IMG/VR virus record: IMGVR_UViG_3300044728_000202
Span: 1,515 to 65,514 of that record
Source of the DNA: a virus
Lineage: Duplodnaviria; Caudoviricetes
Reading direction: 5' to 3' (one strand)
Length of the DNA: 64,000 bases
Shown here: positions 9,077 through 17,600 of the stretch, in pieces
Numbering within the stretch: the first letter of the stretch is position 1
How the letters are laid out: each line of letters starts with the position of its first letter
Program-made: the position numbers and the translations under genes
Notes under the pieces: model-generated
Told to the model about the DNA's origin: nothing
The model's input: the letters and a program-made list of their open reading frames with translations, nothing else
The model's database searches: none

Positions 9077-10082
9077 TCAGTCAGCGGATTACGCGCTGAT
9101 CATGCATGGCGCGATCTATCACGTCGCGCTGAAGTTGGAGGGGGCCGCACCAGCGGCCCTTTCCTTCTCTGATCTGGTGCGCGACTACTCCCACCCCAAC
9201 CCCTCGGACCTGGCCCGCGTCAAGCGCCACGAGCACATCGAGAGCGACTGGATGGCCCGACTGTGGATCATCCGCCGCGCCGTCTCGATGCTCGAGGGCC
9301 TGACCGTCGACGGCGACATGGTGTCGTTCGCCCCCGGCAACGGCTTCGACGACCTGACATGGGCGGAAGGCAAGATCGGACGGCCGCAGGCCGAGCCGGC
9401 GCTGCGTGACGCCTTCAGCCAGATTGACGGCGCCTTCGCCGACGGAATCCGCGACGGCCTCGGCGATCTTTCCGAGCTCCGCGAATCGATGCAGGCGTGG
9501 GGCTGGATCCCCGAATTCCCTGCGTTGGTCGACGAGCGTGGCGTCATCCTGGCCGGACATCGGCGCATGGCGGTCGCCAAGGAGCTCGGCATCGCGCCGG
9601 TGGTGACGGAGCTCCGGCTCGGTTTCGGCGACCCCGGCGACGCGGCCCGCTTCAAGCTGGCGATTGCCTCCAATATCGGCGGCAGGAAGCTGGGCCCGAG
9701 CGACCGCAAGCGCCTCGCCACCTATCTGTATTCCGACCCCGAATGGTCGCAGCCGAAGCTCACAGCGGCGCTCAGCGCGGCGCGTGAGCGGCCGCTCGCC
9801 GAACCACCGCCGCCGGTCAAGGTCAAGCGGCGGCCCTACGCCAAGCACGCCATCCTCGACAAGGTGAGCGATCCGATCATGGCTGAGCTCGACGTCAAGG
9901 TGCACGCGCTGATCGAGGAGGGCCTGCCGCGGCCGGATATCGCCAAGCGGCTCGGCATCGGCGAGCATATCGTGCAGCTGGCGACGCAGCGCTATGTCGG
10001 CCGGATGCAGGAACGCAACACAGTCCACGCCTGCCCGCAGTGTGGGCACATGCACGGGGGTTCTCATGCGCAAGAAATCTGA
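9069..10082 (+). CDS. second ParB-like domain protein with HTH and C-terminal Zn ribbon
   Basis: PALVDERGVILAGHRRMAVAKELG; HTH GLPRPDIAKRLGIG; CPQCGH. Confidence 0.75.
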   Translation: MLDQSADYALIMHGAIYHVALKLEGAAPAALSFSDLVRDYSHPNPSDLARVKRHEHIESDWMARLWIIRRAVSMLEGLTVDGDMVSFAPGNGFDDLTWAEGKIGRPQAEPALRDAFSQIDGAFADGIRDGLGDLSELRESMQAWGWIPEFPALVDERGVILAGHRRMAVAKELGIAPVVTELRLGFGDPGDAARFKLAIASNIGGRKLGPSDRKRLATYLYSDPEWSQPKLTAALSAARERPLAEPPPPVKVKRRPYAKHAILDKVSDPIMAELDVKVHALIEEGLPRPDIAKRLGIGEHIVQLATQRYVGRMQERNTVHACPQCGHMHGGSHAQEI

Positions 10083-11478
10083 CCTGCGCAGTTATCAGAA
10101 GCGCGTCGTCGACCACCTCTACGAGAACGACGCCGCAATGGCCGTCCTCAAGATGGGCGCGGGCAAAACCGCGTCCGTCCTCACCGCGATTGCCGATCTG
10201 ATCCATGACCACCAGATCCGCCACGCACTGATCATCGCGCCGAAGCGCGTCGCTCACATGGTGTGGCCGCAGGAGATCGGCGCCTGGGAGCATCTCAAGC
10301 ACCTGAAGTACGCCGTGCTCGACGGCGGTCCGCTGGAGCGCGAGCGCAAGCTGCAGGACGCCTCGACACGGCAAGTCACCATCATCGGCATCGACAACGT
10401 CCAGTGGCTGTGCGTGCTGCTCGACCGGATGCAGGGCGACCACCCGATCTTCGACTGCCTCGTCATCGACGAGACCAGCAAGCTCAAGGACCCGAAGAGC
10501 AAGCGCGGCAAGGCCCTGGCCCGGATCGCCGGTCGCTTCAGGAACCGCTGGGGGATGACTGGAACGCCGACGCCGAACTCGTTGCTCGACCTGTTCACGC
10601 CGATGAAGATCATCACCGACGGCGCGCTGTGGGGCAAGAGCTTCTACAAATGGCAGTCCGAGCACTTCTACCCGCTCGACCGCAAGGGCTATCGCTGGAG
10701 AGTGCTGCCCGGCCACGACGTCGGCATTCAGGACGACGCCGCCAGCGTGTCGATCGCGCTCGGCGAGAACGAGATGCCGGACCTTCCGGGTCTCAATATC
10801 CTGATCGAGGAGATTACCCTGCCCGGGCCCGCGCGGGCCACCTACAACGCCATGGAGACCAAGCTGTTCGCCCGGCTGTTCGACAAGAAGGTCGCGCCGG
10901 AGGACATCCTTGCGGCCTCTGCGGCGGTCGCTACGGGCAAGTGCGCGCAGATCGCCAACGGGTTCCTCTACGGCGACGGCAACACCGACGTGCACAAGAT
11001 CCACGACGAGAAGGAGCTATGGCTGCAGGAATTCGTCGACGACCTCGACGGCGAGCCGGTCATCATCGTCTACGAATACAAGGAAGACCTTGAGATGCTG
11101 CGCCGGCTGTTCGGCCAGGATCTCCCCTACCTTGGCGCAGGCGTCAACGACAAGGCGGCCCAGCAATTCGTCGACGCTTGGAATGCCGGCAAGCTGCCGG
11201 TCTTCGCGCTGCACCCGGCCAGCGGCGGCCACGGCCTTAACCTGCAGGCTGGTGGCTCTCGCATGGCGTGGGTGGCGCCTACCTGGTCGGCGGAGCTCTG
11301 GGATCAGACGATCGCCCGAATCCACCGGCCAGGTCAGGTCGCTCATGTGATGGTGCACGTCTGCTCGGCGATCGGGACGGTCGACGAGCTCAAGCGGCTG
11401 CGAGTGATCCAGAAGCTGAGCGCGCAGGCGGCTTTCGAGGCCTACCTCGCGGCCTCGAAGGCAGCGAACGCTGCTTGA
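10066..11478 (+). CDS. SNF2-family (SF2) helicase
   Basis: LRSYQ, MGAGKT, VIDETSKLK, MTGTPTPN, SGGHGLNLQ, QTIARIHRPGQ. Confidence 0.92.
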   Translation: MRKKSDLRSYQKRVVDHLYENDAAMAVLKMGAGKTASVLTAIADLIHDHQIRHALIIAPKRVAHMVWPQEIGAWEHLKHLKYAVLDGGPLERERKLQDASTRQVTIIGIDNVQWLCVLLDRMQGDHPIFDCLVIDETSKLKDPKSKRGKALARIAGRFRNRWGMTGTPTPNSLLDLFTPMKIITDGALWGKSFYKWQSEHFYPLDRKGYRWRVLPGHDVGIQDDAASVSIALGENEMPDLPGLNILIEEITLPGPARATYNAMETKLFARLFDKKVAPEDILAASAAVATGKCAQIANGFLYGDGNTDVHKIHDEKELWLQEFVDDLDGEPVIIVYEYKEDLEMLRRLFGQDLPYLGAGVNDKAAQQFVDAWNAGKLPVFALHPASGGHGLNLQAGGSRMAWVAPTWSAELWDQTIARIHRPGQVAHVMVHVCSAIGTVDELKRLRVIQKLSAQAAFEAYLAASKAANAA

Positions 11479-11686
11479 GCTTCGGGCGCTGGGCGCGCGG
11501 CAGCAACTGCTCGATCGGGATCTCGCGGTTGGTGAAGTCCCAGATCGCCAGCGCAACGCCGAGTGACGGGTGCACGTCGCCGTTGCGGACGCGGTTCACA
11601 TAGGACCGCGTCTTGTCGATCGTGTCAGCAAGCTGCTGGTCGACGACATCGTTCCTGATCATCCAGGTGGCCAGATCCATAGGCAT
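11390..11686 (-). CDS. Cro/CI-like XRE HTH regulator
   Basis: QQLADTIDKTRSYVNRVRNGDVHPSLGVALAI; AAAGGA RBS 6 nt before ATG 11686. Confidence 0.8.
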   Translation of the reverse strand: MPMDLATWMIRNDVVDQQLADTIDKTRSYVNRVRNGDVHPSLGVALAIWDFTNREIPIEQLLPRAQRPKLKQRSLPSRPRGRPRKPPARSASGSLAAA

Positions 11687-11703
11687 AGTCATTCCTTTCA
11701 AGT

Positions 11704-11773
11704 TCAACCCTTTGAATAATGTGTGTGCATAAGAACGTCAAGGGTTGACAGCTTGGATATATGTTCATAGGAA
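11704..11773. promoter_or_regulatory. divergent promoter region with inverted repeat
   Basis: Back-to-back TTGACG (minus, 11736-11741) and TTGACA (plus, 11745-11750); IR TCAACCCTTTGA/TCAAGGGTTGA. Confidence 0.6.
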
Positions 11774-11788
11774 CCGTTACGAAACCTG

Positions 11789-12337
11789 ATGGAGGCGACA
11801 ATCGGAAAGCGCAGCGACTTCAAGCGCATTGAGCGCGACTGCTACAACACCCCGGCCGAGGCGGTGACGCCATTGCTGCCATTCCTGCCGCCCTACACGC
11901 GGTTCGTCGAACCAGCCGCCGGTGCTGGTGCTCTGGTGCGGCACCTCGAAGCGGCAGGCGCAGGCCACCGTTGCGTATTCGCCTGCGATATCGCGCCGCG
12001 TGGGCCCGACATCGCGCATGGCGACATGCTGAATCTCAAGCCCGGCGCAGACGCAAACATGGTCATCACCAACCCGCCGTGGGAGCGTAAGCTGCTACAC
12101 GCCCTGATCCTGCATCTGCGCAGTTCCGGCCTGCCGGCCTGGCTGCTGATCGACGCCAACTGGATGTTCACGGCGCAGGCGGCGCCGTATCTGCGCTACT
12201 GCGAGCGCATCATCACGATCGGCCGGCTCCGCTGGATTCCCGGCACGACGATGACCGGCAAGGACGACTGCGCGTGGTTCCTGTTCATGCCGCCGCCGGT
12301 GCGGACCACCACCTTCCACGGCAGGGTGAAGGTATGA
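11789..12337 (+). CDS. DNA amino-methyltransferase (m6A/m4C type)
   Basis: FVEPAAGAGAL (motif I) and ITNPPW (motif IV). Confidence 0.85.
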   Translation: MEATIGKRSDFKRIERDCYNTPAEAVTPLLPFLPPYTRFVEPAAGAGALVRHLEAAGAGHRCVFACDIAPRGPDIAHGDMLNLKPGADANMVITNPPWERKLLHALILHLRSSGLPAWLLIDANWMFTAQAAPYLRYCERIITIGRLRWIPGTTMTGKDDCAWFLFMPPPVRTTTFHGRVKV

Positions 12338-12867
12338 GGATCGGCAGACCAGCCCACAAGATCGAGATGCTGCGCCAGCGACAGGCCGCCGAGACCGCCC
12401 GCAAGAAGCGCCTCGAGACGGCGCGCGAGGCGATTGCCACCGTGTCCGGCTCGGTCGCGTCGATCCACGTCGACAAGAACAAGATCACGCTCGCGAGGCT
12501 GCGCTTCATGGGCGAGGAACCCCACCCATCGCAAATGTTCACAACGGAGAATGACATGGACTTTGACTTCAACGCACACCTGCACCGGCAGCGCGACTGG
12601 TCCGAAAAGACCTTCGGCCCGGGCCCTCGCACCAAGGGGATCATCGACCACATCCGCAAGGAACTGGCCGAGATCGCCGCGGATCCGACCGACCTCGCCG
12701 AGTGGCTCGACGTCGTCACCCTGGCCCTCGACGGTGCGTGGAGGGCCGGCTACACCCCGGAGCAGATCATCGCTGCGTATGCCGCCAAGCAGGACCGCAA
12801 CGAGAGCCGCGACTGGCCGGACTGGCGCACGGCGAACGAGGACGAGGCGATCGAGCACGTCCGCTGA
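12334..12867 (+). CDS. DUF550-family dNTP pyrophosphohydrolase (MazG-like); possible internal start at 12556
   Basis: QRDWSEKTFGPGPRTKGIIDHIRKELAEI...EWLDVVTLALDGAWR...KQDRNESRDWPDW. Confidence 0.85.
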   Translation: MRIGRPAHKIEMLRQRQAAETARKKRLETAREAIATVSGSVASIHVDKNKITLARLRFMGEEPHPSQMFTTENDMDFDFNAHLHRQRDWSEKTFGPGPRTKGIIDHIRKELAEIAADPTDLAEWLDVVTLALDGAWRAGYTPEQIIAAYAAKQDRNESRDWPDWRTANEDEAIEHVR

Positions 12868-12890
12868 CAATCAAAACGAAAGGTAGGCAA

Positions 12891-13310
12891 ATGACGGAGA
12901 TGGATAATGCTTTGGCACGCGAACTGGATGTGGAGCTTAACGGGCCGGACACTGCTCCGCCGCCTGCAGGTGGACTTAGGGCAGCCATGGCAGCTGCATC
13001 GGAGCGAAAGGAGCCTGTTGCGTTCCGCCCGGCTCCAGCACCAGCGCCTCGCCCGCAAACGATTGCTGAGCAAGTCGGAAAGCTTGAGCAAATCGAACGC
13101 CAAATCGACGACCGCATCCGCCGCGAAAGCGTCGAAGCAGGATGTGAAGCGGAGCGCAAAATTACCGAAGCCCGGGCTGATTACGAGCGCACCCTGGCTG
13201 AGGAGACGGCTAGGCTGGGGCGTGAACGCGATGAGATGATTCGGCAGGCGACCGACGCCTACCACCTCAAAATGCACGAACTGGCCGCGCTGTCGCGCCG
13301 CCGTCAGTGA
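12891..13310 (+). CDS. coiled-coil hypothetical protein
   Basis: ATG 12891 after AAAGGTAGG; heptad-rich C-terminus. Confidence 0.7.
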   Translation: MTEMDNALARELDVELNGPDTAPPPAGGLRAAMAAASERKEPVAFRPAPAPAPRPQTIAEQVGKLEQIERQIDDRIRRESVEAGCEAERKITEARADYERTLAEETARLGRERDEMIRQATDAYHLKMHELAALSRRRQ

Positions 13311-13313
13311 TAG

Positions 13314-13470
13314 CCAGATCGGCGCCGAGCCGCGTCACGTAAGCGCCGGTCTGGTTGCGCCGTCGGGACCTCCAATCCCGGCGGCGCCTCGCGGGTAAAA
13401 GACGGGGCATGAGAGCCGGGCCAAGCAGCACCCCGCCCGGAGGCGCAAGCAGTCAAGACCAGCCCGCGAG
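13314..13470 (+). ncRNA. candidate small RNA, three stem domains, CCUCC loop
   Basis: Stems 13314-13325/13343-13354, 13357-13368/13376-13387, 13388-13395/13463-13470; G-U pairs favour the + strand. Confidence 0.45.
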
Positions 13471-13471
13471 C

Positions 13472-13645
13472 TCAGCCCTGCACTGGGCTGCCGAACACCT
13501 TCCAGCCCAAGATCAGGAACAGCACGAACAACAGGAGCGTGCTGCCCCAAGCGCCGTAGGGTCCGGCGAGATAGCCGCCGTGCCAGGCGAACCCGAAAAT
13601 CAGCCAGATCAACATCAGAATCCAGAAGATCAGTTGCAGGCTCAT
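13472..13645 (-). CDS. putative holin / 2-TM membrane protein, 57 aa (not in ORF track)
   Basis: MSLQLIFWILMLIWLIFGFAW...LLLFVLFLILGWKVFGSPVQG; ATGA overlap with endolysin stop. Confidence 0.75.
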   Translation of the reverse strand: MSLQLIFWILMLIWLIFGFAWHGGYLAGPYGAWGSTLLLFVLFLILGWKVFGSPVQG

Positions 13646-14340
13646 GCGCGTGCTCCTTCCAAAGCTGCCTTGACGTCAGCGCGCAGCCGTTCGCCGCATG
13701 CGTGAGCGCCACTGAGCTCCGGTGCCCATGACAGCCGGGTGAAGTCCCATTTGCCGGATTGATCGATGCCGAGCGTGTCCTCGACCTCGGCGTGCGACAG
13801 CACGGTGCTGGAAGTCACCGCAATCCCGTAGAACATGCACAGCTGGGCGATGCCGGCGCACATGTGCTCCCACTGGATCGCGGTCATCGGGTAGATCCCC
13901 GAGTAGAACGGGCTCTCGGTGGCGCCGCTCATGCACGCCACCGACACGCCGATCGAGCCGGAGTTGCAGTTCTTGCAGTGCGCCGCGTAGCCGTCGTTGT
14001 CAGACGTGCTTTCGTTGGCGTCCACCGGGTTGTCACCCCTGACTGCGTCGCCGTCGCCGGACCAGATGAAGTGGTAGTGCTCGCGATCGACGCTGCTGAC
14101 GTTATGCGAACCGGCGGTCCAGTGGGCGATGATCCTGACCATCTTGGAGGATGGCGGTAGCCACTCCGATGGCAGTTCGTGAATGTCGGAGGGCGGCGGG
14201 GAGCCCGGCACGCCGGTCGCCTTCAATGAATCGAGGCTGGCCGACAGCGAATTCGGACCGAAGTCGCCGTCGGCGGCGCCGGGGTCGTAGCCGGCCGCCT
14301 TCAGCGCGTTCTGCCATTCCGTCACATGCGACTTGCCCAT
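13642..14340 (-). CDS. endolysin: PG-binding domain + N-acetylmuramoyl-L-alanine amidase
   Basis: WQNALKAAGYDPGAADGDFG; IIAHWTAG, YHFI, AHCKNCNSGSIGV, SHAEV. Confidence 0.9.
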   Translation of the reverse strand: MGKSHVTEWQNALKAAGYDPGAADGDFGPNSLSASLDSLKATGVPGSPPPSDIHELPSEWLPPSSKMVRIIAHWTAGSHNVSSVDREHYHFIWSGDGDAVRGDNPVDANESTSDNDGYAAHCKNCNSGSIGVSVACMSGATESPFYSGIYPMTAIQWEHMCAGIAQLCMFYGIAVTSSTVLSHAEVEDTLGIDQSGKWDFTRLSWAPELSGAHACGERLRADVKAALEGARA

Positions 14341-14349
14341 GGCTTCACC

Positions 14350-14634
14350 TTACGGGTTGATGTTGAGCTTCTTCGTCATCACGTCGACGATCCGATCGAT
14401 GCTCTGCCTGTTGGTCTCGGTCTGCTGTTGCAGGATCGTGATCCTGTCGTCCATCTTGGCCAGCCGCTCGACCGTGTAGGCCGCCCCGCGGGTCTCCATG
14501 ATCGACACCCGGGTCTCCAGCTTGACCATGTAGGCCAGCACGCTGGCGCCCGCCGCGCCAATCGCCAACGCCTGGGCGATCAGGAAGTAGACCAGCGTCG
14601 AGTTGTCCCTGACCCACGTCTTGAGCTCCGTCAT
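14350..14634 (-). CDS. single-TM coiled-coil lysis protein (holin/antiholin or spanin-like)
   Basis: One N-terminal hydrophobic helix then coiled coil, directly upstream of endolysin. Confidence 0.6.
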   Translation of the reverse strand: MTELKTWVRDNSTLVYFLIAQALAIGAAGASVLAYMVKLETRVSIMETRGAAYTVERLAKMDDRITILQQQTETNRQSIDRIVDVMTKKLNINP

Positions 14635-17600
14635 TCGGCGTACCCCGGCAGCCCGGATTCCAGCCGACGCCGCAATGCCTCGTTCGAAATGTAGACGCCG
14701 TCGCCGCGCTTGCGCTGCGCCTCGGCGATGGCGTGGTGCTTGACCGACGCCGACAGCGACGAGCTCTTGATCGGCATGGTGCGCCCGAACGCCGATTTGT
14801 TGAAGCTGCGGATCTTGGCCAGCGCCTCCACCCGCCCCTCGGTATCGCCGGTCTTAACGGCGGCCGCGTAGGAGTTGATGTAGGCCTGACGGTTGACCTT
14901 GATGCGCCGCTCGGCGCTCTTCATCGCGCCGGTCTTGGCCCACTGCTCGGCCAGGTGCGCCGGCGTGAAGCCCATCGCCTGCGAGATGCCGGCCCACCAG
15001 CCGACGTCCTCGGGCGCCATCACCGTCTCGCCGCTGCCGGTGACCAGCCCCTCGGTCATCAGGCCGTAAGCCTTCATCAGATCCTTGAAGACCTTTGGCG
15101 ACGCCGTCTGCACGCCCGACCACAGCCCCTCCTCGGGGATCTTGTAGGCGCCTTGCAGCACCTTCTCGACGATCGCCGTCGGAGCTCCGACCATCTGGGT
15201 GAGCAGCCACAGATAGGTGTCCTCGCCGGTCTCGAGATCCTTGTTGGGCGAGCGGAACCATATGTCCGGCATGCCGACCCGCGAGGTCAGATCGACGCCG
15301 GTCATGGCGCCGACCGCGCCGTGCAGGATGACGTTGCCGAGCACCGGCCCGAACATATCGAGCACGGCGCTTTCGAACTTCGCCTGCACTTCGAAGGGGT
15401 CGTCCTCCGGCTCGTCGCCGCCGAAGATCGCCGCGAACAGGGTCGACATCACGCCATAGGCAAAGAACGCCGTGTTGTAGCCCGCTACAGCGGTTCCGCC
15501 GGCGACCAGTGCCTGCATGCCCAGAATGCCGCCAAGCTGGTAGCGCGCCTCCCTGCGGGCCTGTGGCGTATCTCCCTTGAACGACTGGTGGATGTCCCGA
15601 CCAAGTCGATAGATCATGTTGACCTGGTAGGAGCGCATCGACATCAGAACGCGCGAAACCGGGCCTTGCATCATCCGCGGCCGGCTCGAATTGGAATAGT
15701 CGAAGTGCGTGCGCCAGGTCATGTCCGAGGCAATGTCGATCGCCTCGGCCGGTGTGCGGCCTTCCTCGATCGCCAGCCGGAAGGCGGCGAGCGCGGTGAC
15801 CCGGCGGTTGATGACCTCGGCCTTATGGAAAAGTATCCCAAGCTTGGCCATCACATAGGACTTGGTCGGCGAATAGGTCAGGCCGGTCTCGCCGACACCT
15901 TGGATGTCGACGCTCTGCGTGCGGTCGATGACGCCGGATTCCTCCCACGCCCGCATCGCCGCCTCTTCCGAATTGTTGAGGCCGCTGTCGGAGATTGCGT
16001 TCTTGGCCGCCCGGGTGATCGCTGCGGCCGCCTTGGTCATGCTGCCGAAGCGGCCGGCGAGCACCGGGATTCCAACCATCGGCGTCTGCGCCAGATTGAC
16101 CATGGCGGCCGCCGGCGACAGGCCGAGATAGTAGGCGAACGCCGACATCGAGGCCCACTGCGCCCAGTTCTTGCCGGTCGGGTTCATCACCCACTTGTGG
16201 CGCTTGTTGAGCTCGTCAGACAGCCGCGTCGCCGGCATCTGTTGGTCCTGCGGCGCCTCGCGCGCCGCCTCGGCGGCCTGATCGGTCAGATCCTCGAGCT
16301 TCAGCCCGTGCTGCAGCCGCGCCATCTGGTGGGCGGCGTGGAACATGTGGTTGGCGTAGACGCGCAGCGCGTCGGCGCTGTGGCCCTCGATCATCTTGCG
16401 GTGCAGTTTGCGGCTGCGCACCGACTGCGCCGGCATGGTGCGGAGGTAGCGCTGCCAGATGGCGTCCATGATGGCGCCCTTGGTCGGAATATTGGGCAGC
16501 ATCTGTTCGATCTCGGCGATGAACGAAGGCTTGGCGGCTTGCGTCTGGTCGCTGGTCTTCTCGGGCAGCACGCCGGTCTCGACGGTGTGCCCGGCCGGCA
16601 GCCCGGCGCGCACCGCCTTCTCGTTCTCCTGCATTTCGAACTGGCTCTCGGCCAGCGCGAAGTGGACCAGCTTGCCCGCCGCGTCGCGCTCGGAAACGAA
16701 GTAGGTTCCGAACCGGCCGAGCGGGAAATACGGCGGCTTGAGCTTGTTGGTCTCCAGCCGCAGCCGGAGCTCGGCGACGGTCGAACGGGTACGGCGGCGG
16801 CCCTGCAGCCGCTCACGATCGGCGGCCTCGTTTAGCAAACGCCGCTCCTCGGCGTGCTCGGCAGCGGTGGTCAGGCCGTTGGCGTGGCGCAGATCGGCGT
16901 CGCGCAGCTTGCGGCCGAGTTGCCGCTCGCGCTTGCGATCGGCGATGTCCTGTACCTCCTGCACATTGGCGAGCAGGATCTGGTCGAGCTTGTCGTTCTG
17001 CTCGGTGTAGGAATCGCGGACCTCGCGATAGAGCTCCTGAAAGCCGGTAGGCAGCGCAAGGAAGCGGTTGCGCAGGTCGGCATAGTCCGGCTTCAGCATG
17101 TCGTTGAGATCGTCGGGGTCGGTCTCCGCCTTGGTGGCGTCGTGCATCAGCAGAGCCAGGTTGACGGCGTGAGCTCGGCCGCCGCGCGCCGCCAGCTTGC
17201 GCCACTTCTGCACGGTCTTGTCGGCGCTGCGGTGGATGCCGTCGCGGAACGTATCCATGATCCGCTTTTCTTTGATGTAGTCCTCGACGTGCGCCTTGAT
17301 GGAGGCCGGGGCCAGGTCGGGGAAGTAGTTGAGGTAGACGGCGCCGAGCGCCGCCGGCGTCATCTTCGACCAGACGCTCTTGATGCGGTCGAGGAAGCGC
17401 TGCTCGGTCGGATGCGCGATCGTGTTGATGACCGGCGTGACGACGCCGCGGAACAGCCGCCCGATGTCGGGCGCCTCTAGCCCTGGTTCTGAAACATCTC
17501 CGGCAGTTCCGCCTCGTGCTCCGCCGTCCACTCCTTTGGCAGATCCTTGTCGTAGGCCGACTCCAGATATTGTTCTCTCGTAAGTGGAAGGTTGGATTCC

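Noticed and set aside
12334-12867. 2-aminoadenine (Z) genome pathway
   Set aside because: Only DUF550 is present; no PurZ or HD-family dATPase seen in the window
13357-13387. tRNA fragment
   Set aside because: 7-nt loop lacks U33 and there is no D arm, T arm or acceptor stem; no tRNA recognised anywhere in the window
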